Below, one piece after another: positions 39,021 to 51,010 of a stretch of DNA of 64,000 nucleotides. A program made the position numbers and the translations under genes. Where the stretch lies: the NCBI GenBank assembly GCA_032718475.1, contig JAUCBJ010002551.1, forward strand, positions 1-64,000, read 5' to 3'. Below the pieces are notes generated by a model. It saw only the letters and a list, made by a program, of their open reading frames with translations. It was not told the origin of the DNA and did not search any database. Positions within the stretch are counted from its first letter, which is position 1, and the number at the start of each line of letters is the position of its first letter. The DNA comes from Nemertoderma westbladi (Eukaryota; Animalia; Xenacoelomorpha).

Positions 39021-39432
39021 AATTATCTAGGTTAAGGCACTTCCTGCCTGGCGATTTTGATAAAATTTTGCAAGTACATTGCTTTGGTGGTTCATAATCG
39101 CGTTACAAAATTTCAGATCGAATCTATGTGTGGTATTCGATATATTTCGTTTTTTGACATTGTTTTGTCGCGAAATTAAAAGCAATGGTAAAATAACAGC
39201 TGGTGTTTATACTAATATACTAGATATATGGTGGAGGGAAGTTTGAACGATGAGATTGTATCTGTATGTAGAAGGTAGAAAGAGAGAGTAATAGAGCTTA
39301 CAGAAAAACGCTATTCAGTTCTTATAAGCTAACCGGGCCTGTACAGCTGTAGTGCAGTATTGATGTGTTGTTGATAATAGTTCTGTAGTTGGTATGATTG
39401 ACTGTTAATTTTATAAATATCAATGGTGTAAT

Positions 39433-40443
39433 ATGGCTCCGAAGTTGAGCGACTATGTAAAAAAGTATAACGGTAGTGGGGACCCACTGACATGGTTAAT
39501 GATATATAATGACACGTTCGATGTGCTGAAAACAGAAGGCGTTGTCAAGGAGGAATCAAGGGCAACGTATCTCAGGTTATCCTTGGATGGTGCTGCGTAT
39601 GCCGTCGTTAGTCAGTTATCTGAGGCGGATAAGTTTAGATGTGACAGAATACAAAATGCAGTGATAGCGGCTTTTGCTGTGAATGAGTATACTGCTTATG
39701 AGCAGTTTAAGAATAGAGAATTGAAACCGGGAGAATCGGTAGATGCATTCGTAGCGGACTTGAAAAGATTAATCGGATTGGTGACAGGGAACTTAGTTGA
39801 GAATGCAGTGTCTAGAAAGATGGTTTCAGCTCAGATGGTAAGCGGTATACCGGATGATATTTCAACGGAAGTTAAAGCTCTGGCCGGAGAAATGGACCTC
39901 GAAAAACTACTCGTACAAGCACGTCGGTTGTTGTCCGAAAAAGAACACAGTACAGCTGATATAGTCGGTGCAGCAGGGCATGGTTATAGCGCAGAGATAG
40001 ACTACAACAATGGATACCCAGGTCGTGGCCAATGGGGGCGGAGTCAACGAGGTGGACGACCATATGGAGGTGGACGAGGTGGATATGGTGGAGATACCGG
40101 TAGGGGATCCAATAATTGCTTTCATTGCGGGAGGAGCGGCCATTTTGCCAGGGAGTGTTACTACAGAAATGGTGGCGGTGGCGCTCAGCAAGCGTTTAGT
40201 AGATATCAGGTGAGCTGCTATCGATGTGGAAAACAGGGCCACATTGTAAGGGAGTGTACTGAAGTTACGGGAAATTGTTCGACGGCGACAGGAGTTCGGG
40301 AATATGGTAGTAATATGGAGGGAAACGTGCGAGGGGAGATGGCGGAACATGCGCCAGTGGTCGTTTCCCCGGAGATACAGGGAAGGCGCCAGCCCCAGTC
40401 ATACAATCAATATGTGGAGGCAAGAAGGCCACCGCGTTGGTAG
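39433..40443 (+). CDS. gag: Gypsy Gag
   Basis: Retrotrans-gag-like LKPGESVDAFVADLKRL and two CCHC knuckles (CFHCGRSGHFAREC, CYRCGKQGHIVREC). Confidence 0.9.
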   Translation: MAPKLSDYVKKYNGSGDPLTWLMIYNDTFDVLKTEGVVKEESRATYLRLSLDGAAYAVVSQLSEADKFRCDRIQNAVIAAFAVNEYTAYEQFKNRELKPGESVDAFVADLKRLIGLVTGNLVENAVSRKMVSAQMVSGIPDDISTEVKALAGEMDLEKLLVQARRLLSEKEHSTADIVGAAGHGYSAEIDYNNGYPGRGQWGRSQRGGRPYGGGRGGYGGDTGRGSNNCFHCGRSGHFARECYYRNGGGGAQQAFSRYQVSCYRCGKQGHIVRECTEVTGNCSTATGVREYGSNMEGNVRGEMAEHAPVVVSPEIQGRRQPQSYNQYVEARRPPRW

Positions 40444-43400
40444 ATACGGGATGTAGCCGAGGAGTAATGACTCGAAAGTTTAGTTCTGGATTTATTGGAT
40501 ATATTAGAGAATGTGACTCAAATAATAGGATAGCTATGTTAGATGGAACTGTTACCCAGAAATTAAAATGTGAAATGATTACTGCTGTGAAAATTGATGG
40601 ATTAAATGAAATTGAATGGTCATTTCTCATTGTTGATTATATTGTTGGTAATTTGGATGTTGTAATCGGGTGGGATTTTATCAAAGCACACGGAGGAGTT
40701 TCAATTAATTGTTCAAATAATGAGCAAGTGACAATTACATTCGGTTGTGCTGCATATCCAATTTCAGCGATTGGAACAGTAGAACAGAAACCACAGTCTA
40801 TGTTAATTATTGAGAAAAACGATTTCAACGCAGAATTTAATGGGAACAATTGGGAGATAGAATATAAATTTAAAGACGACATTCCCCCGGACAGATTAAA
40901 TAATACCGTGGCAGAGTATAAAATTCCTGAGAAATTACAAGATAAATATGAACAAGCAGATGAAGGGTGGATAAATAACGGCTGGTTAAAGGAGATTAAT
41001 TACATTCCCAAGGCGCTGATACCACTTATGCACAAAAACGAACCCCGTAAAGACAGAGTAAGACCCATTATGGACTTCAGGGAACTGAATAAACATTTAA
41101 AAAACCAACCTGGTACCGACGCTGCAGTGAGCAATGAGAAACTGAGAAAATGGATGAGAAAGGGAAATCAAACGGCCGTTATAGACCTAAAAAATGCATA
41201 CATGCAGGTTCATGTCAATCAGAAATTACACCCATACCAAGTTGTAAAATTTAAAGGCAAACTCTATGAAATGACGAGATTAGGTTATGGTTTAGCCCCA
41301 GCCCCGAAGATACTAGATTCAATAGTAGAGAAAGTTCTAGAACAGGACAAGAAGATAAAAGATGCAGCAGATAATTTTCGTGATGACATTTATGTAGATG
41401 TGAGTAAGGTAGAAGCGATAGAAGTTGTAAATCATTTGAAAAGGTATGGACTCGGAAGTAAGGATCCAGTTGAAATAAAGAATGGAGCAAGGGTACTCAG
41501 TATTTCTGTAAAAGATGGCAAATGGCGACGAGATTCAGAATTGCCTCAACCAGAGGAAATTGAGAAATCAATAAGTCATCGTAGATTGTTGGCAATCATA
41601 GGCAAATTACGTGGAAATTACTTGATTGGGGGATGGCTGAGAGTAGCATGTTCCTGGCTACAAAGACAGGCGTCCAAAACATTAATGGACAGTGCAGTAG
41701 ATGATGATGTAAGAGAGAAATTGCTGGAAACAGTTGTGAGAGTGAACAAACATGACCCAGCTCATGGACATTGGCCGATATCAAATATAGATGTTGGCGA
41801 AGTATGGTGTGATGCCAGCAACATCGCATTGGGAGCATTGATTCGTATTAATGGGATTGTAGCAGAAGACGGAACCTGGCTGAGGAAGAACATGGATAAT
41901 GAGCATATAAATGCAGCTGAACTCACGTCTGTAGTTGAAGGATTAAACATGGCCATGGCGTGGGAATTAAAAAATATAACTATATGGACAGATTCATCAA
42001 CTGTATATGGTTGGGTCAATGCCACAATAAACGATGAACATCGAATCAGAACACATGGTCTATCCAGGATGTTGATTCTAAGACGCCTAGATATAATTAA
42101 GAAAATTATAAATGAATATAAGTTGAACGTTTCTATAAAACTGATACCATCAAGTAAAAATTTAGCGGACTGCTTAACCAGAGTGCCAAAGCCATGGATA
42201 ATGAAACCAAAAGTAGAGATAGTGGCTATTGGAAAAACTGGCTGTACACCAGAAGATGAAAATAGGTGTGGAAGAGATGCTGTTGGCCGAAGAATACAGA
42301 AACTACACGAAGTGGGGACTTCGCGCAGCACGAAGTTGGCAGAGCCTTAGCGAATTGACAATTTATGCAAATAGTCACGTTGGCCCTCTAGCGGCAGACT
42401 GGAGAACTGCAGATGGATTCGCCTCCTTTGAAAGTCACAGCTAATGGTCTAATACATATCTGCCAAGTTTCAGCTTAAACGGATTAAAAGCAAAGAAATG
42501 GGAGGGCATTTAATGTTTAGACATGTGGCCCTCTAGCGGGAGACCATTGCACTGATGGTGTCTGAAAGTCTCTCAAAAATCTCAACTTTTGCTCATATTG
42601 ATACCTACAAATTTTCAACTTGGCAGCTTTAAATCCGACAAAGTTATTAGCATGTCAAAATCGTAACGACGACGACAACGACGACGACGACAACGACGAC
42701 GACGACAACGACGACGACGACGACGACGACAACTATTTGCATAAATTGACCCACCCCCTAACAGTGTCAATTCGCTAAGGCTCCGCCAACTTCGTGGCTC
42801 GCCCCACATGAAATAGCGCATACTGGAGCAGAAAGAACTGAAAGTTTGTGTCAAAGGGACAGAGAGTTACAAGGGAAATCATTTAACAAAGCAGTAATAA
42901 TTGATATATGCAAAACGTGTGATAAATGTAATAGAATTGATCCAATGCCTATTAAGGTAGAAGGGGGTAGCTGTAAAGTCAATAAAGCTTGGCAACGACT
43001 GTCATTGGACATTACTAAAAATGAGGGAAAAACATATTTTACCATTGAGGACTGTGCATCATCATTTACAATATGGCGACAGATTTACAGAGAAACCAGT
43101 GAAGTAGTCATTAGAGAACTGCAACAGATATTTATAGAGTGGGGCCCATCTGAGGAAGTGATAACTGATAATGGTCCGGCTTTCAGGAGCGAGAAGTTTA
43201 ATGAGTTTCTAGATAGTTGGGAAGTTATTCATATAGCAGCTTGTGCTCATAGACCTCAAGGGAATCCCGTCGAGAGGGTTCATCGCACTATCAAGACATG
43301 GGCAGCCCGTTCAGGCAAAGATCCAGTAAAAGTAACGTTCTGGCACAACAGAACAAAAATAAGAGGGAACCAATCGCCGCTAGAGAAACTAATGGAAGAA

Positions 43401-43874
43401 CGAGTAATCAAACTGCCAGGAGTAAGTAAATACGAAAGAGTAGATCATGGTCCTCCAGTGAATCCACGATATTGTGTGGGAGACATGGTATATGTAAAAC
43501 CGCAACAGCACATTCGTTGTACCCAGGAATGGAATGGACCTTTCAGAGTTGAAGAGGTTATAGATCAACGTTCAATCGTAGTGAATGGATTTCGAAGACA
43601 TTTGCAACATATCAGACCAGCAAAATATAAAACTCCAGCAACTATAGGTCATGATATTGAGGAACGAGCTAGCTCTGATGATCAAAATATTAGTGAAAGT
43701 GATAGTGAATCAGAGGAGAATGACGATAATGTTGAAGATAACGAACAAATAGTAAACAGTGAAAATGACGAAACAATAGACTACGGTGACAGTCAACCTA
43801 ACTCGGGGAACCAATACTATATTACGAGGGGAGGCCGACAGTCTAGGCCGCCTGATAGATTGCAATATATGTAA
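40320..43874 (+). pseudogene. pol: Gypsy Pol (PR-RT-RNaseH-IN) in the -1 frame, interrupted at 42308-42808
   Basis: PR LVDTGC; RT RVRPIMDFRELN/IDLKNAYMQ/FRDD; RNase H WCDAS, HINAAEL, WTDSS, KNLADCLTR; IN H-x3-H, CKTCDKC, LSLD, ITDNG, VER. Removing the insert restores KLHEIAHTG in frame. Confidence 0.9.
42308..42806 (+). mobile_element. Non-autonomous element inserted in Gypsy pol with a CA duplication
   Basis: Flanked by CA at 42306-07 and 42807-08. Subterminal IR CACGAAGTTGGCAGAGCCTTAGCGAATTGACA / TGTCAATTCGCTAAGGCTCCGCCAACTTCGTG. (GAC/AAC)n microsatellite at about 42665-42732. Confidence 0.9.
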
Positions 43875-44034
43875 ATAAGATTATGGTTATTGAGTTCTAT
43901 AGAACTGGGGGGGATATACTAATATACTAGATATATGGTGGAGGGAAGTTTGAACGATGACATTGTATCTGTATGTAGAAGGTAGAAAGAGAGAATAATA
44001 GAGCTTACAGAAAAACGCTATTCAGTTCTTATAA

Positions 44035-45963
44035 CTTCGAACATCGGTTATGCAACCATGGACACGCCCCCATCCTGTGGCTCGACTCGCGGCAGTAGAG
44101 ACAACTAGTCCCTTTCTGGAATCGGAACAAACAGCTCCTTTCCTGGTGGGTCTGTCTCCCACAGTAGTCACAGCCAAGCACCAATGTCTCCCGCCCCACG
44201 TCGTCTTTCGTCCCAAGCGATCTCCGCGGTCTGTGGAGTCGCTGGTAGGCGAACTTCTGGACGTTAGTGTCCCTGTCTACGTCGATCTCCTCGCCCCTCT
44301 CGGGCATCATCTCCCCGAATACTACCTGTGGTGCCGTCCCCGGTTGCTCGCCCAACCTGATAGTGCTCCCCGCGAAATCCATCGCCGGTTCCTTGTGCAC
44401 CCAGGCCCGCTTGCCGGGTTTATCCCAGAAGGCCCTCGCCCCACTGGCCGTCACCACCCTCCCGCCAACCCAGTCCGTGTCCGAGTGGCCTATCCTCCCG
44501 ATGGGCGGCATCTCTCCGAACTCGTCATCATCTTCGTCCTCCTCTGGCAGTGGCTCCAACCCCGGTATCCCGGTGGATCCACTATGTCCCTTCCCGCCTT
44601 GGCTCTCGCCCGTAGCTCTCCATCCCTCTAGCTCCCCTAACTTCCTTAGCGGTTGGTCGCCTTCGGCGCCCGCTGGTATGGGCATCGCTTGCAACCCCGA
44701 CATCGACTGTTTCGGCGATCCCACCGTCCATCCCAGTTCTCGCCCTAGAGACTCCCCCGAACTCCCTGATGAAGCCCAACGAAGTTCATCTAAGCCCGCC
44801 TGTTCCTCGAAGCCGTAACTCTGCGTCCTGGCCTCCTCCTCCCTCTCCTCTGCTTCTATCCTTTCCCGTCTAGCGACTTCTTCCAGTCGCTTCGCCTCTC
44901 GTCTATCCGTCTCTAGCTCCTCCCATCTCTGATACGGCGTGTCTAGCTCCCCGTCTACCAGATGTCGGCTGTTGTAGTACACCGACTCGTCCTTCAGCCC
45001 CGGGTGGTCTACCAGACCGTTGAAAGCCGTCTTAAAGGCTCTTCTGTAGCTTAGGGGTGATCCCGATAACAGAAATGCCGCTGGTTCCCTCTCGATAACC
45101 ACGGTCATGAATAAGTTAAGCAGACTTATCATTATCCAATCCTCCTGCAGGATATATTGCTTCTGATATACCTTTATCGCTCCTCTTCGGAATTGATACA
45201 CCTCTTGCTTTCCCGGCCTCGCTCCCCACTTTAGCGAGTTCGCTAGTTCTGCTCCGTATTCCTCCCTGAACTTCCCCCAGTCCATCGGTTTGTGGCATAC
45301 GAGCCCCTAATAGCTGGCCCATTGCCACCGCTCCGCATTGGCCTGTGTTCCCGACTAGTCCCAACCCGTCTGGTGCTGTCATAGCCATGAAGACCTTCTG
45401 CATATCCAGGAGGTTGTTGGCGTCCGGACCGATGATTCTCTCTGCGTCCTCGCGAATCGCCGATCCCACTTTCGTCGTTGACTTCTCCCTCACTAGGACC
45501 TGCACCGCCCTCGGCAGCCGGTCCAACTTCGGCCCATCCTTCTTCCCATACGTTCCCAGGTCAAATAGGAAAATGTCCCCATTTGGCGCGGCCAAATGTA
45601 GGAGTATGGTCCTGGCCGATCCTGCCGATCCTCTCCTTGAACCCTCCTCGTCTTCCACAGTCCCTTCGTCGTCTAGGATCATGTATCCTCCCCTGTTGAC
45701 GGACTCTATGAACCTCTTCCAATCTTTCCTCGGTGACTCTCTCGCGTACTTCAGACCCCGAACTTCGCCTCGTCTCCTTTCACCACGTAGTGGAAATGCT
45801 CGAAGATCGCGTTGTCCAGCGACGGCATCCCGTAGGTCCCGACCAGCCGCTGTTCATGCATCTCCCTGAAGTGGTCCTGTAGCGCTCGTGCTGCGTGACC
45901 CTTTCCTAACCGGTCGTAGTATCCCCTCATCCTCTCTTCCGGATGCCTCTTGGTGAAGTCCAC
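44035..45963 (-). pseudogene. Frameshifted ORF: DEDDy (WRN/RNase D-like) 3'-5' exonuclease, coiled coil and tandem CCHC zinc knuckles; 3'-truncated
   Basis: MILDDEG (ExoI-like DxE), LFDLG...LPRAVQVLVREKSTTKVGSAIREDAERI...LLDMQ (ExoII-like), YQKQYILQED (ExoIII-like); CDYCGRQTHQERSC and CLYCRESSHRMGAC. Its stop codon is supplied by the Gypsy LTR junction. Confidence 0.65.
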
Positions 45964-46844
45964 CAGTATCTCCTTTCCTCCTGACTCCGCCTTTCACTTC
46001 CTGATCAGTTTCCCCGCCATTTCGAACTCTCCCGAACGCTCACCTATAAGGTGGTGCCTTACCAAGGCGCAATATAAGTGAGTGATGCAGCTAGGATGGT
46101 CTGTACGGTCCGATAATGGCCTATTCCTTATCTAATTTTGCCTTATAGCCTAAATTCCTACTACTTAATTTTGAAGCTATTAAATGTACCCTAATTTGCA
46201 ATTTTGTCAGTTACTTTTATTATGTTCCAGAATAATTTCCCTACTGTTACCATAATTTGTAACTTTTTAGCCCTATTCTTATCTTATTTATTTAATTTTT
46301 TAATTTAATTCTACTGTGCTACTACTTACTATTACCTATGGATTATTCTAGTTCATAATCCACATTCTGACCTATCCTATGGGCCTGTGCAGTACAGCAG
46401 TATATGTCGCGTGGCCTACACGATCTATCCAACTGTACTCATATGCCCCCCTCTCGCTACTAACTGCTAAGTAATATCCATATTATACATATCCCTTCTA
46501 CCCCTATTACTAATCGGTACTACGTACCCTCTAACTCTTACTCTAATACCTCTAACTAGCGGTACTACGTACCCTCTAACTACTCTAACTCCACTAACTA
46601 ACGGTTTTTTTTTTTTTTTTTTATGCCTCCATCTCTTTATTCAAAAGAACGTAATATGTTGCCGTAGTAGTAGCACAAACTGATAAAATCAACGTACTGT
46701 ATTAAAGTTACAAAATTATTAAAATAGTTAATATTAAAAGAAGGTCCAATAAGTAGCATCAATAAGAAGTTATCATTTCTTTGTCCACCTTCTTTCTCCA
46801 GTTACACTATTGTTATCCATATTCGCGGCCAGTTACCAGAACCC

Positions 46845-49800
46845 TTAGATGTCCCCGTTTAACCCCTCAGTCGCCGCGCACTCCATCCCTATGTCACGGA
46901 AGGGTTGGATTAGGCGTTTCTGTTTTGGAGTCCTAACCCCCCGTAGACACATAATTGAAGACCGGAGAAGAGCGAAGTTCAACCGGGTTCTTATAAGGGG
47001 CACAGTCTTTGAATAGGGAGAGTTTCTCTTTTCGGATATTATAAGTGCGATCCGGTTTATGATGGCATGCGCACTTCGGCTGGCTCCACCCGTCGTCGCC
47101 ATGATGAAGGGCACGAATCCGGCGTGCTCGATCGAGTTCACTCGCTCCTCGTACTTTCTCCGCTTGTCGCCTTCGTGTTTTCTGTATGCGGAGGGAATGG
47201 AACGAGGGTTCGACGCGCATAGAGGGTTGAAAATCTTCACGTCGACGTAAATCCTTTCGAAACGACCTCCCCATAATCCACTGGCGGCGACATCGAGACG
47301 GGCGTCCGGTTCGCGGGTGGTGCCGGCCAACCGGAACTCCTCGCCTTCCACAGGTTGTAGGGTGGGCTCTACCTCAACATCGTGAGCTGCCTCGTTGAGG
47401 AGTTCGGCCAGGTAGTCCCTAATCTCATTGTGTCTTATGGTAGGGTAACCACCTGTCGGGCAATGGAGACAGTGTGAGATGTCGAATGGAATCCCGCAGA
47501 CACAGTGGGAAGGCAACCTGTCTGGCAGCCACCCATATCGCAAACACAGACTATCCCGGAAGGCTGTTTTATGTAGGGAAAATCCGTATTTTTGAATAGG
47601 GATGGCTGACAGCCATGCTGAGGCCCCCTTCTCGCAAGAAAGTGTACGGAGATACTTCGACTCGTAGGACAGCTGATCGTGAACTGTTTCACACTTGATC
47701 TTTCTAAGTTCTGCCCTCTCCTTCATTATTTCAGTGACGATTGGTCTCTGAGATTGCCGGTAACTTTCAGCTTCGACCCTCAAAGGTTCACAGATCCTAC
47801 GTGAATGTTCATAGCTGTGTCTTAAGTCGCCAGGTTGGTTTATGGCCATACCGCCCTCTTTCACTGGGAGGGCGAGTAGCTCCCTCTCTGTGTGCCCTGG
47901 TGGGGGCCGGCCTGTTAGTGAGGGAATCAAAGAGTCCACGATATATTGCTCTACACTGTCTAACTTTGCGGTGAATTCCGGGGTTGTCCGGGACAAGTAG
48001 TTAAATTTAGGCTGTAGACTGTAGATAAGACAACTATATGCGGGGTGTGGGGCCGTAACAGCAAACTCCTTCAACCTGGTCAGCTGGTCTATGAGTTGTT
48101 CAACGCGTTCTGTGAGGAACGTTTCGCATGCCCGGGGAGAACCTATCACCGAACCCAATACCCTGTAGCCATCGGTCAGTTGGACCCCAGTCCCAGCGAA
48201 TATATCCTCAGCTATGGCCCGATGTTCGTCTTTAACTATAAGGACAGACTTTTTGGCATTGGGGAAATACCCATACCCTGGGCCAATCATATTTACCTTC
48301 TCCCAGTAGGCTCTTAAACGGCGGAGGCGACCCGCTACATTTCCATCATCTGCAAACCATTTTTTGTGATTGAAGGCTTGCTAGGGTGGTTCGCAGGCCC
48401 GTCGGCTGAAGGAGGAGACGGACCCGCCACAGACCCGTCGGCTTGAGGAGGAGACAGACCCACCACAGACCCGTCGGCTGGAGGAAGGGACAGACCCACC
48501 ACGGACCCGTCGGCTGGAGGGGGAGATAGACCCACCACAGACCCGTCGGCTGGAGGAGGAGACAGACCCACCACAGACCCGTCGGGTGAAGGAGGAGACA
48601 GACCCACCACAGACCCGTCGGCAGGAGGAAGGGACAGACCCACCACGGACCCGTCGGCTGGAGGGGGAGACAGACCCACCACAGACCCGTCGGCTGGAGG
48701 AAGGGACAGACCCACCACGGACCCGTCGGCTGAAGGAGGAGACAGACCCGCCACAGGCCCGTCGGCCGGACGAAGGGACAGACCCCCCACGGACCCGTCG
48801 GCTGGGGGATGAGACAGACCCATCACAGACCCGCTGGCTGGAGGAAGGGACAGACCCACAACAGGCCCGTCGGCTGGAGGTAGGGACAGACCCACCACGG
48901 ACCCGTCGGCTGGAGGAGGAGCCAGACCCACCACAGACCCGTCGGCTGGAGGAGGAGACAGACCCACCACAGACCCGTCGGGTGGAGGAGGAGACAGACC
49001 CACCACAGACCCGTCGGGAGGAGGAGGAGACTGACCCACCACAGACCCGTCGGGTGGAGGAGGAGACTGACCCACCACAGACCCGTCGGCTGGAGGAGGA
49101 GACAGACCCACCACAGACCCGTCGGGTGGAGGAGGAGACAGACCCACCACAGACCCGTCGGGTGGAGGAGACTGACCCACCGCAGACCCGTCGGCTGGAG
49201 GAGGAGACAGACCCACCACAGACCCGTCGGGAGGAGGAGACGGACCCGCCACAAACCCGTCGGGAGGAGGAGACAGACCCACCACAATCCCGTCGGGTGG
49301 AGGAGGAGACGGACCCACCACAGACCCGTCGGGAGGAGGAGACAGACCCACCTTAGACCCGTCAGGAGGGGACAGACCTAAACCAGACCCATCGGCCACC
49401 TTAGACCCGTCGGGTGGAGACAGACCCACCACAGACCCGTCGGGTGGAGGAGGAGACGGACCCACCACAGACCCGTCGGGAGGAGGAGACAGACCCTCCA
49501 TAGACCCGTCAGGACGGGACAGACCTAACACAGACTCGTCAGCCACCTTAGACCCGTCGGGAGGAGACAGACCCACCACAGACCCGTCGGGAGGAGACAG
49601 ACCCACCACGGACCCGTCGGGAGGAGACTGACCCACCACAGACCCGTCGGGAGGAGACAGACCTACCACAGACCCGTCGGGAGGAGACAGACCCGCCACA
49701 GACCCGTCGGGGGGAGACAGACCCACCAGAGACCCGTCGGGAGGAGACAGACCCACCACAGACCCGTCGGGGGGAGACAGACCCACCACAGACCCGTCGG

Positions 49801-51010
49801 GAGGAGACGGACCCACCACAGACCCGTCGGGAGGAGACAGACCCACCACAGACCCGTCGGGAAGAGCCGTACCACTTGTAGGATCTGGTTCAATCGCCAG
49901 AAGTCCCAGCTTCCTTATCATTGGTAGGGTTCCCACTCCATACATCGCCAGACCGATAGGATCCCCTTGTGTGGAGCCCTCCTTGGACCACATAACCTCG
50001 TTGTCGACAAATAACGGGGTTGGTTCCCGGTATGTATTTGTAAGGATCACGGATAGTATGGGACATATGTGGTGCGCGTTTAGCAGGGTTAACTTTCTAT
50101 TTAGGGCGTTAAATGCGTTTGAGGCGTCTATCAGTAGTATTCCTTCACATTCCGGGGATTCATATTTCTCCCGTAAGGAGTGTATAGCGTGTTCGGTACC
50201 TCCAATCTGTCCCACACATAACTGAGTATTACCGGCTATCCTCTCGAGGTCAACCTTAGCATAACTCATTATCGCTTTACCTATTATTCGCCGGAGCACT
50301 TCACCCACGCCGATGGGCCGAACACCAGGTGATTTATCGATCGGTACGAGTCTGCAGGCGTTAAACGCGATCGCACTCCGGGGATCGATATACTCGGTAG
50401 CGAGTCTCCTCGCCACTACCGCCACGGCGTTTCTTAAATCGTTTGATGTGTTGCTGAAGGCTGTCAGTATCCGCCGCCAACCATCGGCATCCAGGCCCGA
50501 AGGCCCGGGTGATCCATGGGTATGTAGCGCCGCAGAAAGGATGGCCTCGCCCTTTATCCCTTCAAAGACTACAGGGTGGAAGATTAGGGATTCCGCCCAT
50601 GTGTCTTCGATTAGTGAAGGATCGACTGGACCTGCAGGAGGATGTTTCTCCCGTAATATCTCTTTGACGGTTTTATCCCCGACCATTTCATTTAATCCCA
50701 TAGGCGAACCGCCTTTACCATTAGCTAAAACGTCCATAGCCGCTGCAATTCTGCCGGTATTCATCCTGGACACAAAATCTCGGCGTGGTTTATCAGCATC
50801 AGTTCGAGGAATGGGTTTAGTTCTTCGGACCTGGATCGCTCTCCCTTCCTCAACTAGAGCTGAAATATCGCCGGTTTCCCATAGTTCAAGTCTCCTCCTA
50901 AGGGTTTGGCTAATACTGGCAGAAGCCCCATAGCCTTCTGAAGGTTTGACGGCGGCCTGCAACAGGAGTTTCGGGGCCACCATAACGGCTAACAAAGCCA
51001 CACCTTCCAT
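46845..51010 (-). pseudogene. CRE-like RT-RLE ORF with one frameshift in an A-run near 48360
   Basis: ORFs 48335-51010 and 46845-48290 join when the frame shifts at ATCACAAAAAATGG, giving (K)WFADDGNVAGRLRRLRAYWEKVNMIGPGYGYFPN. Confidence 0.85.
48397..49862 (-). repeat. In-frame 30/33/36-bp minisatellite inside the CRE-like RT
   Basis: Encodes (P)(P)PPDGSVVGLS-type repeats, roughly 45 units, with no stop or frameshift on the coding strand. Confidence 0.95.

Larger units (their letters stand above)
39208..44034 (+). mobile_element. Ty3/Gypsy LTR retrotransposon
   Basis: 120-bp direct repeats at 39208-39327 and 43915-44034 (2 mismatches), a G-rich PPT (GGGGGGGA) directly before the 3' copy, and domain order gag-PR-RT-RNaseH-IN. 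Confidence 0.93.

Noticed and set aside
48586-49356. Plus-strand EEETDPPQTRR repeat ORF and other antisense ORFs over the TEs and eIF2-beta
   Set aside because: These are shadow frames of repeats or of recognisable coding sequence on the opposite strand.
48397-49862. The minisatellite as a spliceosomal intron in the CRE RT
   Set aside because: The nearest GT/AG pairs I tried do not restore the WFADD frame, and the repeat is already in frame.
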